Below, one piece after another: positions 22,775-32,926 of a DNA stretch of 33,977 nt (within the stretch, counting starts at the first letter, position 1; the number at the start of each line of letters is the position of its first letter). This DNA is from a virus. A program made the translations under genes and the position numbers. A model generated the notes under the pieces. That model was not told where the DNA came from. It worked only from the letters and a program-made list of their open reading frames with translations, and searched no databases. The stretch lies in the IMG/VR virus record IMGVR_UViG_3300045988_145460, one strand, 5' to 3'.

Positions 22775-25722
22775 TGGCGACAGAATTAGGTCAAGCATAT
22801 ATCCAAATTATGCCATCAGCTCGTGGAATCAAGGATATGATTAAGAAAGAGCTTGGCTCTGAAATACCACAAGCAGGGCAGGAAGCAGGGGAATCTTTGA
22901 GTTCTAAGATGCTAAGTGTCGCAAAAAAAGCAATAGCAGCCGCCGGAATAGGTAAATTCTTTTCTGCATCATTGACAGAAGGGGCCAATCTTCAACAGTC
23001 ATTAGGAGGGATTGAAACTTTATTTAAAGGTTCTGCCGATACGGTTAAAAAGTATGCTAATGAGGCATATAAAACAACAGGGTTATCAGCCAATGCCTAC
23101 ATGGAGAATGTAACAGGCTTTAGTGCCAGCCTGCTTCAATCGTTAGGTGGTGATACTCGGAAGGCGGCAGATGTTGCTAACATGGCTATGGTCGATATGG
23201 CAGACAATAGCAATAAGATGGGGACATCTATGGATCGTATTCAAGATGCCTACCAAGGATTCGCAAAGCAAAACTATACAATGCTGGACAACCTTAAGCT
23301 AGGATACGGTGGTACAAAAACAGAAATGCAACGCTTATTAGCTGATGCGCAAAAACTGACAGGTGTTAAGTATGACATCAATAACCTGTCAGACGTGTAC
23401 CAAGCAATCCATGCGATTCAAGAGAATTTAGATATTACCGGGACGACTGCTAAAGAGGCAGCGACTACTTTTAGTGGATCGTTCGCATCCATGAAAGCAG
23501 CAGCTCAAAACGTCTTAGGGAAATTAGCTCTTGGTGAAGATATTATGCCTTCATTACATCAACTTTTTGAAACCGTTAAAACCTTCCTTGTAGGTAATCT
23601 TATTCCAATGGTATGGAATGTGTTAAAAGGAATCCCCCAGGTTTTAGCTGCTGCACTCGGTGAGCTTATGCACACGCTTTTCGGAGACTACATTGGAGAA
23701 AGCATTATGAACGATCTTTATGATGTTTTCGATAAAGTAGGAGGAGTGGTTAGCACTATCTATGATATGATTTTCGGATCATTGAGTAAGAAAGACAATA
23801 TAGACTTTTTAAAGAAGCTAGGAATCAATGAGAAAACAGCTAGTAGCATTGTTAACATTGGCGATAATATCAGGACCGTGTTTGAAAATATTGGTGCTGT
23901 TATTAGTAATGTTGCTGGAATTGTCGGAGAATTCATTAGTGATCTTTTTGGACTTGCTAAAAGTAAAGATAGTGTTGGAGGAGTAGCTTCAGCTTTTGAA
24001 GCCATTACTAAAGTTTTAGCTGATGCATCAGGTAAAGTAAAAGATTTTACAAAGTGGATGCGTGAGAATAAAACAGTTATGGATATTGTTAAATCTGCCC
24101 TAGCAGGAGCCTTAGCAGGTTTTTTGGCCTTTAAAGCAATTACAACTATTCAATCTATTATCATAGGTTTCAAATCAGCACTTTTAGCAGTTAAAGGCGC
24201 AGTTTTAGCTTTTAACGCTGCAATTGCTGCAAACCCACTCGGAGCATTAGTAGTCGCTATTGCTGCTGTAGTTGGTGCATTAGTTTGGTTCTTCACCCAA
24301 ACAGAGACGGGTAAGCAGATTTGGAGTGCTTTCGTTGATTTTGTAGTAGGCTTGTGGAATGGTCTTGTAGAGTTCTTTTCAGGTTTATGGACAACCATCT
24401 CAGAAGGAGCAATAAACCTTTGGAATGGGGCTGTAGAAGTCTGGAATGGTGTTATCGAAGGAATAAAAAATGCTTGGAATGGAATAGTAGAATTCTTTGT
24501 TGCTTTGTGGGAAGGTATTTCTAGTACCGCTACAGCTGCATGGACTACAATTACAGAAACAGTAATGGCCATTGTCCAGCCTTTTATTGATGTTTTTATG
24601 TCAATTTGGAATGGAATGAAAGATGGTCTAGGTCAGATTTTCGAAGGCATTAAAACAATTTTCAGCGGGGCCTGGGAATTAATAAAGAGCATTGTAATGG
24701 GTGCGGTACTATTTATCATTGATTTGGTAACTTTAGACTTTACAAAAATGGGTGAAGATCTAGGATTGATTTGGGAAAGTATCAAATCTGCCGTGTCAAT
24801 GATTTGGGATGGTATCTGTACTTATTTTAGTGGGATTATTTCTACAATCATAGGATACTTCACTGGTGCTTTCGAAGGGCTTAAGACATTTTTGTCTGGA
24901 ATCTGGGATTCTATAAAGGAAACAGCAGTAGCCATGTGGAATGCAATATGTCAAGCTATTCTTGGCATTATAGATGCCTTCGTAGCTAGCGCAAAAGCCC
25001 TTTGGGAAGGTTTCAAATCTTTCATGTCAGGATTATGGGAAGGTATCAAATCTACAGCAATCGGCATGTGGGAAGGTATCAAATCTGGTCTTGGTAGTAT
25101 TTTCGATGGAATTGTCACTGGTGCACAAAAAGCATGGGATACCATGAAAAACGGAGTTAAAGACCTTTGTTCAGGTATTAAAGGATTTTTCTCTGGCCTA
25201 GCAAATATCAATCTTTGGGATGCTGGTAAAGCTATTCTTGATGGCTTCTTAGGGGGATTGAAAAGTGCGTATAATGGTGTTAAGAATTTTATCGGTGGTA
25301 TTGCAGACTGGATCCGTAAACACAAAGGTCCTATTTCTTATGACCGCAAGTTATTAATACCTGCTGGTAAAGCTATCATGGGAGGATTTGATGCTTCTTT
25401 ACAAAATAGTTTTAAAGATGTGCAAAGAACTGTTGGTGGAGTAGCTGGATGGATTTCAAATGCATTTACAGGTGATGATTTTGATTTTGGATCAGGAGCA
25501 GCTTTCAGTAAAGATATCACATCCACTTTGCAGATGCCTAACGCTAAATATGACACAACTGAGTCTAGAATGGTGTCTGAGATGATGATTCTGAGATCAA
25601 GTTTAGATACTTGGCTTGAGAAGATATCAAACAAAGACTCTAATACTTACTTAGATGGAGAAAAATTAGCCATCAATGCCTATCAACGTCAAGGACGAAT
25701 CATGGCTAGAGAGGGGATCTAA
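22774..25722 (+). CDS. Tape measure protein
   Basis: 982 aa with a hydrophobic central segment and a long array of periodic W-x-G-hydrophobic repeats (LWNG, AWNG, LWEG, MWEG). Canonical position. Confidence 0.9.
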   Translation: MATELGQAYIQIMPSARGIKDMIKKELGSEIPQAGQEAGESLSSKMLSVAKKAIAAAGIGKFFSASLTEGANLQQSLGGIETLFKGSADTVKKYANEAYKTTGLSANAYMENVTGFSASLLQSLGGDTRKAADVANMAMVDMADNSNKMGTSMDRIQDAYQGFAKQNYTMLDNLKLGYGGTKTEMQRLLADAQKLTGVKYDINNLSDVYQAIHAIQENLDITGTTAKEAATTFSGSFASMKAAAQNVLGKLALGEDIMPSLHQLFETVKTFLVGNLIPMVWNVLKGIPQVLAAALGELMHTLFGDYIGESIMNDLYDVFDKVGGVVSTIYDMIFGSLSKKDNIDFLKKLGINEKTASSIVNIGDNIRTVFENIGAVISNVAGIVGEFISDLFGLAKSKDSVGGVASAFEAITKVLADASGKVKDFTKWMRENKTVMDIVKSALAGALAGFLAFKAITTIQSIIIGFKSALLAVKGAVLAFNAAIAANPLGALVVAIAAVVGALVWFFTQTETGKQIWSAFVDFVVGLWNGLVEFFSGLWTTISEGAINLWNGAVEVWNGVIEGIKNAWNGIVEFFVALWEGISSTATAAWTTITETVMAIVQPFIDVFMSIWNGMKDGLGQIFEGIKTIFSGAWELIKSIVMGAVLFIIDLVTLDFTKMGEDLGLIWESIKSAVSMIWDGICTYFSGIISTIIGYFTGAFEGLKTFLSGIWDSIKETAVAMWNAICQAILGIIDAFVASAKALWEGFKSFMSGLWEGIKSTAIGMWEGIKSGLGSIFDGIVTGAQKAWDTMKNGVKDLCSGIKGFFSGLANINLWDAGKAILDGFLGGLKSAYNGVKNFIGGIADWIRKHKGPISYDRKLLIPAGKAIMGGFDASLQNSFKDVQRTVGGVAGWISNAFTGDDFDFGSGAAFSKDITSTLQMPNAKYDTTESRMVSEMMILRSSLDTWLEKISNKDSNTYLDGEKLAINAYQRQGRIMAREGI

Positions 25723-26426
25723 TGGCAGTAAATTATCTGATTATCAATACTTTTAACACAAACACTATATCAGATAGTGTGGTGACTGATTTTGGAGATA
25801 TTAAAGGTGCTATCCCTCGATATGATGAGCAGAAAAAACTATTTGGAATGAATGGCCAGTATAACATTGAAGATGGTGCTTATGATGGATATGAGCGAAC
25901 TTTGAAGTTGTTTGTTAAGCGATATGAAGATGCTCAAGCTATTATTAACGCATTCCAGAAGCAAGACAATGTATTGGAATTTAGTTATCAGCCTGGTAGC
26001 ATTTACTATGCTGATTTACTTGAATCAGAAATCTCACTTCATGGCCAAAATAACTGGATTGTAAGTGTCAAGGTGTACCAACATCCTTTTAGATATTTAA
26101 AAAATGTCCAAGAGGTTGTGCTATCAGGACGTGGGACAATCACTAACCCAGGTACAATTTACTCGGAACCAGTTATTACAGTTGAAGGGCAAGGAGAAGT
26201 AACTCTAACGATTGGCAACCAGACAATGGGATTAAACCTATCAGGTGGTGCTAAAATTGATTGTAGACAGCGGAAACAAAACGTTTATACATTGAATGGG
26301 CAGCTTAAGAACACCTTGCGAACAAGAGGGCCGTTTTTTGAACTGCCTAAAGGAGTTATAGGTGTAACTACATCTGGTAATGTTTCCAAAATCAAAATTC
26401 AAGGAAATTGGAGGTATATCATTTGA
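25722..26426 (+). CDS. Distal tail protein (Dit)
   Basis: 234 aa immediately after the TMP, with overlapping start/stop codons. Confidence 0.7.
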   Translation: MAVNYLIINTFNTNTISDSVVTDFGDIKGAIPRYDEQKKLFGMNGQYNIEDGAYDGYERTLKLFVKRYEDAQAIINAFQKQDNVLEFSYQPGSIYYADLLESEISLHGQNNWIVSVKVYQHPFRYLKNVQEVVLSGRGTITNPGTIYSEPVITVEGQGEVTLTIGNQTMGLNLSGGAKIDCRQRKQNVYTLNGQLKNTLRTRGPFFELPKGVIGVTTSGNVSKIKIQGNWRYII

Positions 26427-29400
26427 TTTATTTAAAAGAGGGTAATATTCCTCTTAATTTGTGTACGGATGATGACATCAGCCAGCAAGAAAATAATACT
26501 TATCAGCTTACCTTCAAGTATCCTGTTAGTGATGAAAAATGGAGCCTGTTACAAAACGAAGTGCATTTGTTAGCAGATGATTTGTCAGGAGAACAAGAAT
26601 TTGTAATCATTGACATCCAAAAGGAGCACGGATATATCACGGTATATGCCAATCAAGTAGCAACGTTGCTAAATGGATATAGTATCCGCAAGATCAATGT
26701 AGATCGGGCGAATGGTTTTACTGTGATGAACAAGCTAGTAGAAGGGCTAAAGAGAGAATGCCCTTTTACTTTCTTTTCTGATATCTCTGAATTACACACT
26801 TTAAACATAGAGAATGTATCAGTAATTGATGTACTTCTAAAAGGTCAGCACTCAATTATTGGTCAGTGGGGTGGTGATTTAGTCAGAGATAAATACTCAG
26901 TTAGATTGTTAAAAAATGGAGGGGTTGAGAATCAATCTCTTTTTATGTATAAGAAAAATCTTTCTGAGTACAAAGAATCCACAACTACTAAATCTCTTAA
27001 GACAAGAATCCATTTTCGTAAGGTCATTACTGCATCTGGAGAGGGAGAGAAGGACAAAATCCTTGAGGCTACTGTAGATAGTCCACTTGTAGATAAATAT
27101 AAACATATTTACGAGTATGACATGGAGGTCCAGGATCAAGATGTTAAGACCGTTGAGGATTTAAAAGAGTATGGTAAGAAATACTTTCAGTCAAGTCTTT
27201 GCGACTTGCCTGACGAGAGCTTAGAGATTGATGTATTGGGTCATGCTGATCAACCAGTAAAAATATTTGATACAGCATCAATTTTTTATGAACTCTATAA
27301 TGTTGATATTCGCAAAAAAATTACCAGCTATAACTACAGTCCAATGTCTAAGAAATTGAAGAAGATTGGATTTGGTAAAATCTCACGTTCGCTAGGTGGT
27401 GCGATTGGCAAAATCGTTGACGATGTAGTCAAAGAGAAAATCGCTAGTCACGATGCTGAATACGAGGCTAAGGTTCAAAAATTAGTTGATAATGCCAATG
27501 CTGAATATGAGAAACGAGCTAAGGAAATTGAAAATAAGGTCACAGATGGCATTGAGGAAGCCAAGGCTAAAGCTGAAGTAGTCAAGGAGGAAATCTCAGC
27601 ACAAGTCACTGAAAAGATAGCAGTAGCAAACCAAGCCAATAAAAATGAAATTGTAGAAGAATTCAAGGCTCAATACAATGGCATTGAAGTTAAGATGGAA
27701 GGCCTGGAAGCTACTACTGATCAATTAAAGACCAGTGATGCCGATATCAAAAAACTGATCAACGATTTCAAAGATCAGACACAGAGCCAATTTGTAGGGG
27801 TTCAAGGGGCACAATCCAGATTTGAACAGACCACAGAGAAAGCCATCTCTGACCTGACCAATGTGGCCAGCGGAAAGGCTGATCGGTCTTATGTTGAACA
27901 GACGGTGGCAGGAGTCAAAGAAGAGTTCACTTCAATGGGCGCTGGTGGTGGCCCCAACATGCTCAGGAACTCAAGAGCAGACGATGGCCTAAAATATTGG
28001 ACAGAAGCTAATAACAGATTAGCATTTACAGCGCATCAATTCTACTTCAATGGCCAAAAACGAATGTTTGAATTGCGTCCTGGCGCAGTCGTTAAAAGCC
28101 CACGCTTTATTGTGAAGCAAAATGCAGATTATACATTGAATTTTTTAGGATTTGACAACAATTCGAAAATATTCAAAGTTTACTTCTGTAAGCGAAGAAA
28201 AGGCTCAATCTCTGACTTTGAAGAAAAACAGCTAATCTATGATGGCAAAACAAGATGGACAGATGGCCCCATCTTGGATGGAAATAGAGCAATCAAAAAA
28301 TCATTTCAATTTAATGTTGGAAATTTTGATGACGGTTACCTTCAATTTGAGTACGAAAGAAACAATCCAAATAAATGGGGCGGTTTGTTTTTAACCGAAC
28401 TTGATTTTTATGAGGGAGCAAATGAACGCAAGTGGCAACCTGCTCCAGAAGATCAAAATTATTTGGTAGAGCAAGCGCAAGCAACATTTGAAAAGACCGT
28501 TCAAGGTCTATCTACTCAATTAACGAAATTAGAGACTAAGACTGGTCCAACCGGTGAACTTGAACAGCGCATGCTGACCTACTCTGAAAAAGCTGCTGTT
28601 GATGCTCTAAAAGCAACAAGGCAGATTTTAGAACAAGGTTATGTTGCCAAATCTCAATACACTGAAGATGTTGCTGGAATCACAAGAAGATTTGATGAAA
28701 TCGTACAAGCAGGAGAGAACCTGCTTAAAAACAGCGGTAATCCTCAAAATGTTGAGGGGTGGGGGTATTATGATCCCGGATTGAGTCCAGTAGTAACGGT
28801 CTCAACTAATCCAATCTACTACAATGAATCAAGAAAACTCTTCAAACTTGATAATTCAACTGATAGTGGCAAGGTGGCAGCATCCCAACGCTTCAACATC
28901 AAGAGGAATACCACATACACTATTTCATTTGATGCGATTGGTTCAGACAATCTAAAGAATGCCACATTCTATTTTTTGGCACGAAAAAAAGGCGAGACGG
29001 GAACTTTCTCAAAAGTATTCACGCTTGCTGACAAGATCACTGTGCCACAGGATAGAATCACACGCTACTATTTCACAGTCAATTCTGAGGAATATGATGA
29101 AGCATTCTTGCGATTTGACAATAATGGATCATCTAACGGGCAACCAGCAAGACTCTACTTTGGTGACATTGATGTGTATGAAGGATCTATCAAGAGAACC
29201 TACCAACCGTCAACAGATAACGGTTCATCCGTGATTGAAGCTAAACTTGCTGAATTTAAACAAGGAATTGATGGGCAGTTCACGACATTTTCCACAGAGT
29301 TTGGAATGAGGCTGTCCAGTCAAAATTCTGTCATTAATGACAAGTTAGACGATTTCAAAGACAGCATCAACGGGCGATTTGCCAACTATCAGCAATCAAT

Positions 29401-30457
29401 TAACGGTCAAGTTACAACAATTGTAAGTCAGCTCGATGGAGTCCTGAAGAAAACAGACATCAACATCACGGATGGCCAAATCTCTTTCGGTACTGGAAAA
29501 ACCATCAACGGAAGAACCATCAGCTCATTACTTGTGCAAGAGCCGGAATCTATTGCATTGATTGCGAAATTAATCAAGGTAAAAGGGGATATGGTAATTG
29601 ATGGATCAATTACTAACCGTCATCTTGCCTCTGAAAGTGTTGATACAGGTCACATGAGAGCTGGATCAGTCACTACTCAGATTTTGGCCAGTAACGCAGT
29701 AACCGCTGACAAGTTACAAGTTGACTATGCTTTGATCCAGAAATTGCTTGCTAATCAAGCATTTATTAGAGAACTGATTTCACAAAAAGCATTTATTACT
29801 GAGCTGAATTCAATCAAGATTGCTGCTGAAAGAGTTCAAGGTGGACGATTAAGTGCAAATAACGGTTCAACTGTCTTTGATTTAGACAATGGTACACTAA
29901 ATCTATTTTCAAATACTGGTACAATTCGAAGAATTGATGATACAAGTTCATCTCAATTTATCAAATTTAACCAAGTTGGTCTTGTTGGTGAGTATCTAAG
30001 AGACAATAAGGCTGCCAGAATCGTCATAGGAACAAATCAAGACAAAACTGAAAATACAGAAAATGGAACATTTGCTGGGATGCGCTTGTGGTCAGGAGCG
30101 AAGAATGATGTAAAAGAATCTTTGTACGAACTTGTTGGTGATCGAATCATATTCTATGCAAATGGTCAGTATAGAAGTCCTTGGATTATTCACAATAATA
30201 CTAAAGATGGAAATAGCTATTTGATTCCAATGAATGAAAAAGGCGTTAAGCATAATTTAGGGCGTGGCGATAAACATTTTAGCAGAGCTTATATAGATGA
30301 TCTATTTATTGGAAAAGGATCACAAAATGTAGGAGGCTATCTATGGGATATCTTAACTTGTTTTGGTATTCTCGCTCGTTATGGTTGGGACCTAAAAAAT
30401 GGAGCTGTTCAAAATCATATAAAATCAAATCTCATCAATAAATATGGCTTTAAATAG
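26423..30457 (+). CDS. Tail-associated lysin-like / receptor-binding tail fibre protein (Tal) with duplicated CBM-like modules
   Basis: TTG 26423 overlaps the Dit stop, with GGAGG 8 nt upstream. N-terminal prophage-tail-endopeptidase-like region, coiled coils, two homologous roughly 165-aa modules, and a C-terminal gp58-like fibre region. Confidence 0.8.
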   Translation: MIYLKEGNIPLNLCTDDDISQQENNTYQLTFKYPVSDEKWSLLQNEVHLLADDLSGEQEFVIIDIQKEHGYITVYANQVATLLNGYSIRKINVDRANGFTVMNKLVEGLKRECPFTFFSDISELHTLNIENVSVIDVLLKGQHSIIGQWGGDLVRDKYSVRLLKNGGVENQSLFMYKKNLSEYKESTTTKSLKTRIHFRKVITASGEGEKDKILEATVDSPLVDKYKHIYEYDMEVQDQDVKTVEDLKEYGKKYFQSSLCDLPDESLEIDVLGHADQPVKIFDTASIFYELYNVDIRKKITSYNYSPMSKKLKKIGFGKISRSLGGAIGKIVDDVVKEKIASHDAEYEAKVQKLVDNANAEYEKRAKEIENKVTDGIEEAKAKAEVVKEEISAQVTEKIAVANQANKNEIVEEFKAQYNGIEVKMEGLEATTDQLKTSDADIKKLINDFKDQTQSQFVGVQGAQSRFEQTTEKAISDLTNVASGKADRSYVEQTVAGVKEEFTSMGAGGGPNMLRNSRADDGLKYWTEANNRLAFTAHQFYFNGQKRMFELRPGAVVKSPRFIVKQNADYTLNFLGFDNNSKIFKVYFCKRRKGSISDFEEKQLIYDGKTRWTDGPILDGNRAIKKSFQFNVGNFDDGYLQFEYERNNPNKWGGLFLTELDFYEGANERKWQPAPEDQNYLVEQAQATFEKTVQGLSTQLTKLETKTGPTGELEQRMLTYSEKAAVDALKATRQILEQGYVAKSQYTEDVAGITRRFDEIVQAGENLLKNSGNPQNVEGWGYYDPGLSPVVTVSTNPIYYNESRKLFKLDNSTDSGKVAASQRFNIKRNTTYTISFDAIGSDNLKNATFYFLARKKGETGTFSKVFTLADKITVPQDRITRYYFTVNSEEYDEAFLRFDNNGSSNGQPARLYFGDIDVYEGSIKRTYQPSTDNGSSVIEAKLAEFKQGIDGQFTTFSTEFGMRLSSQNSVINDKLDDFKDSINGRFANYQQSINGQVTTIVSQLDGVLKKTDINITDGQISFGTGKTINGRTISSLLVQEPESIALIAKLIKVKGDMVIDGSITNRHLASESVDTGHMRAGSVTTQILASNAVTADKLQVDYALIQKLLANQAFIRELISQKAFITELNSIKIAAERVQGGRLSANNGSTVFDLDNGTLNLFSNTGTIRRIDDTSSSQFIKFNQVGLVGEYLRDNKAARIVIGTNQDKTENTENGTFAGMRLWSGAKNDVKESLYELVGDRIIFYANGQYRSPWIIHNNTKDGNSYLIPMNEKGVKHNLGRGDKHFSRAYIDDLFIGKGSQNVGGYLWDILTCFGILARYGWDLKNGAVQNHIKSNLINKYGFK

Positions 30458-30470
30458 AAAGGAAAATAAC

Positions 30471-30692
30471 ATGAACGAAAATATCTTACTTGCTATGATT
30501 GCAGAACTCAACAAACAGTTGGGTGACAAAACACTCGGAGAGATTGAGTTTAAGGCTCGATGTACTTACCTACAAGAAAAACTAGATCAGAACACACAAG
30601 AGCTAGAAATCTATCGCTCTGTCCTCGAATCAGATAAAGATTTGATGGACCTTTTCAACGAAATCAAAAATAAAAATGAGGTGACAAACTAA
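30471..30692 (+). CDS. Hypothetical coiled-coil protein (73 aa)
   Basis: AAAGGA RBS before ATG 30471. Lies between the tail and lysis modules. Confidence 0.55.
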   Translation: MNENILLAMIAELNKQLGDKTLGEIEFKARCTYLQEKLDQNTQELEIYRSVLESDKDLMDLFNEIKNKNEVTN

Positions 30693-31363
30693 TGGATTAT
30701 AAATTACAATTTAAATCATTTGACCCTGTTGTGAATGCTACTAAAGTAGCAATTAAACAAAATCATCCTTATCGGGTATTCGAAGAAGTTTTACCAAACA
30801 ACCGAATGGCAGAGGAAGATTCTACACTAGTCGAAGCGGTGTTAAACATTGTACGGATGGAATTGGACCCATCTGGTGCTATTGTGGCACTGAAAAAAGA
30901 GCTTGATAAGTCTGTTGAGGCTAACAAGGTAGCTATTCAAAAAATTCAAGAACTTACTCTTGAAAATGAGAAGAAAGACACTCAAATCCAAAACAACAAA
31001 GCTCTTGCGGATTGGTCTGTCCTCGTGGCCGTGACCAACCAAGACAACCCACTTGATCCAACACTCTACAAGCGAGCGCTTGAGCTTGTTGAAACTGCCC
31101 AAGTAGGTAAAACATACAAACCGCATGACATCTTCACCCTCGTAGATCCTGATCATACCGAACGATTTAGCGAAGGGAAACAGGTACTTGTGCAAGTAAA
31201 TTATGATTTTACTTACAACGGCGAATCCATCAAAGACCTCAAAGGTCCTCTTCTTCAAAACGGAAAACTTGCAATCTATAATTGGGAGGTACCAAAAGAA
31301 GAGAAGCAGGCAAAACCATCTAAGGATCTTGAAACTCAACCAGTAGCACAGCCTGAATCTTAA
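30692..31363 (+). CDS. Hypothetical protein (223 aa)
   Basis: ATG overlaps the upstream TAA. In operon orientation. No family recognised. Confidence 0.6.
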   Translation: MDYKLQFKSFDPVVNATKVAIKQNHPYRVFEEVLPNNRMAEEDSTLVEAVLNIVRMELDPSGAIVALKKELDKSVEANKVAIQKIQELTLENEKKDTQIQNNKALADWSVLVAVTNQDNPLDPTLYKRALELVETAQVGKTYKPHDIFTLVDPDHTERFSEGKQVLVQVNYDFTYNGESIKDLKGPLLQNGKLAIYNWEVPKEEKQAKPSKDLETQPVAQPES

Positions 31364-31380
31364 TGATAGGAGCGTGATTG

Positions 31381-31833
31381 ATGTATCAAGAAGAAGCAGA
31401 TGGTATTTTTGGGATTATCGAGGTAGTTCGTGATTTTTACGATCACGGAATTGACGAGCATATAATTGTTTTTCTCTTGATGGCCATCGTTGCTCTAGAT
31501 ATCATTCTGGGGGTATCTAGAGCATGGGCTTATCATGAATTTTCCAGCAGAAAATGGAGGAAGGGCCTGGTTAGTCATACAGCTATGATCTTAATTGTGG
31601 CAATTGGCTATCCCTTCACGTTATATATGAATCTAGCACCCGTTATTGATGCATTCATCATTTCGATGATGGCAGCTTACGGTTCTAGTATTCTTGCTAG
31701 TCTATCAGCATTAGGGGTAGAAATTCCCTTTATCGATCAATATATCCAGAGAAATGTTGATCGTGAAAAATTTCAATTAAAAGAAGGTTTGGAAGAACCT
31801 AAGAAGTTAAAAAAAGGAGCAAAGAAAAAATGA
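31381..31833 (+). CDS. Holin (three predicted TM helices, phage_holin_4-like)
   Basis: Three hydrophobic segments and a lysine-rich C-terminal tail KKLKKGAKKK. GGAG lies 9 nt before ATG 31381. Confidence 0.75.
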   Translation: MYQEEADGIFGIIEVVRDFYDHGIDEHIIVFLLMAIVALDIILGVSRAWAYHEFSSRKWRKGLVSHTAMILIVAIGYPFTLYMNLAPVIDAFIISMMAAYGSSILASLSALGVEIPFIDQYIQRNVDREKFQLKEGLEEPKKLKKGAKKK

Positions 31834-32159
31834 ATCAAATCACAGGAATCGTAGTTAATTCACTAATGGCTATTTTTGTCGCTTTCGTCGGAATCGCCGT
31901 TAAATCACTCAAAGAGTATCTTCTTACTCGTGGTGGCAAAAAGGCATTGGAAGTAGTAGAAATCCTGGCAAAAAATGCGGTAAATGCTACTGAACAAGTG
32001 GCAGGTACATTAGGAATTCATGGAGCTGAGAAACTAGAGCATGCTAAAGGCTGCTTGATTAATGGGCTAGAATCTCAAAATATTTATCTGACAAACGAAG
32101 AACTTAATACTTTTATTGAGGCAGCTGTGAAAAAAGCTAACGAAGAGTGGAAAAAGTGA
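31830..32159 (+). CDS. LL-H-type holin-like protein
   Basis: Single N-terminal TM segment IVVNSLMAIFVAFVGIAV, then an amphipathic alpha-helical region. ATGA overlap with the previous gene. Confidence 0.6.
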   Translation: MNQITGIVVNSLMAIFVAFVGIAVKSLKEYLLTRGGKKALEVVEILAKNAVNATEQVAGTLGIHGAEKLEHAKGCLINGLESQNIYLTNEELNTFIEAAVKKANEEWKK

Positions 32160-32168
32160 GGTATTATT

Positions 32169-32915
32169 ATGGCAACAAGACAAGAAATTATTCAATTTAT
32201 TATTGATTTAGCAAATTCTGGTATGGGTGTAGATAAGGATGGCTTTGCAGGGACTCAATGCGCTGATCTGCTTACATATCCTGCAAAGATTTTCTTTGGT
32301 ATTGATCTATGGGGGAATGCTTCAGAGTTACTTGATTCAGCAGAACAAGCAGGATTAGAAGTGCATCGTATGCCTACAGATAAAAATCCTAAAGCTGGTG
32401 CATTCTTTACAATGGATGCTTGGTTTGGTGGTGTAAACTTTGGACATTGTGGAGCGGTAATCGAAGATTCAGACGGTTACAGTATGAGAACTGTTGAGCA
32501 AAATATCGATGGCAATCTTGATGCTCTTATTGTTGGCGGGCCTGCCCGTTTTAATAGTCGTGGATTCGAAAATGTGCAGGGATGGTTCTATCTTCCATAC
32601 TCAGATACTCCGTTAAGCGAAAACTTCCAACCGCTTAGCGAAACCCCTAAAAATGATGAAATGGAACTTATCCCAGAGAATGGGACATTTATTGTTGGTG
32701 ATGCTGCCATCAATGTTCGCCGTGGACCAAGTCTTAATAGTGAGATTGTGGCTGTTTATGATGCTAATGAAAAAGTCCATTATGACTATAAAGGATCAGC
32801 AAATGGCTATCGATGGATCTCTTACATCGGTGAGTCAGGTAACCGTAATTACATGGCAATCGGTCAGACAGATGAAGAAGGTAACCGTATCAGCTTGTGG
32901 GGGGATTTAGAATAA
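32169..32915 (+). CDS. Endolysin: N-terminal CHAP amidase/peptidase plus C-terminal SH3b cell-wall-binding domain
   Basis: CHAP Cys/His motifs GTQCADL and FGHCGAV. C-terminal GYRWISYIGESGNRNYMAIG is SH3_5-like. Confidence 0.85.
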   Translation: MATRQEIIQFIIDLANSGMGVDKDGFAGTQCADLLTYPAKIFFGIDLWGNASELLDSAEQAGLEVHRMPTDKNPKAGAFFTMDAWFGGVNFGHCGAVIEDSDGYSMRTVEQNIDGNLDALIVGGPARFNSRGFENVQGWFYLPYSDTPLSENFQPLSETPKNDEMELIPENGTFIVGDAAINVRRGPSLNSEIVAVYDANEKVHYDYKGSANGYRWISYIGESGNRNYMAIGQTDEEGNRISLWGDLE

Positions 32916-32926
32916 GGAGGATTTGA

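Noticed and set aside
24150-24572. 140-aa minus-strand ORF, together with the ORFs at 22791-22988, 23760-24005, 24951-25325 and 25338-25634, inside the tape measure gene
   Set aside because: They are antisense to a confidently called, repeat-rich CDS. They have no RBS, and their low-complexity composition mirrors the TMP repeats.
30842-31339. 165-aa minus-strand ORF opposite ORF 30692-31363
   Set aside because: The plus-strand ORF is translationally coupled to its neighbours and fits the operon. The antisense product is rich in Cys, Trp and Phe, has no RBS, and would oppose the whole late operon.
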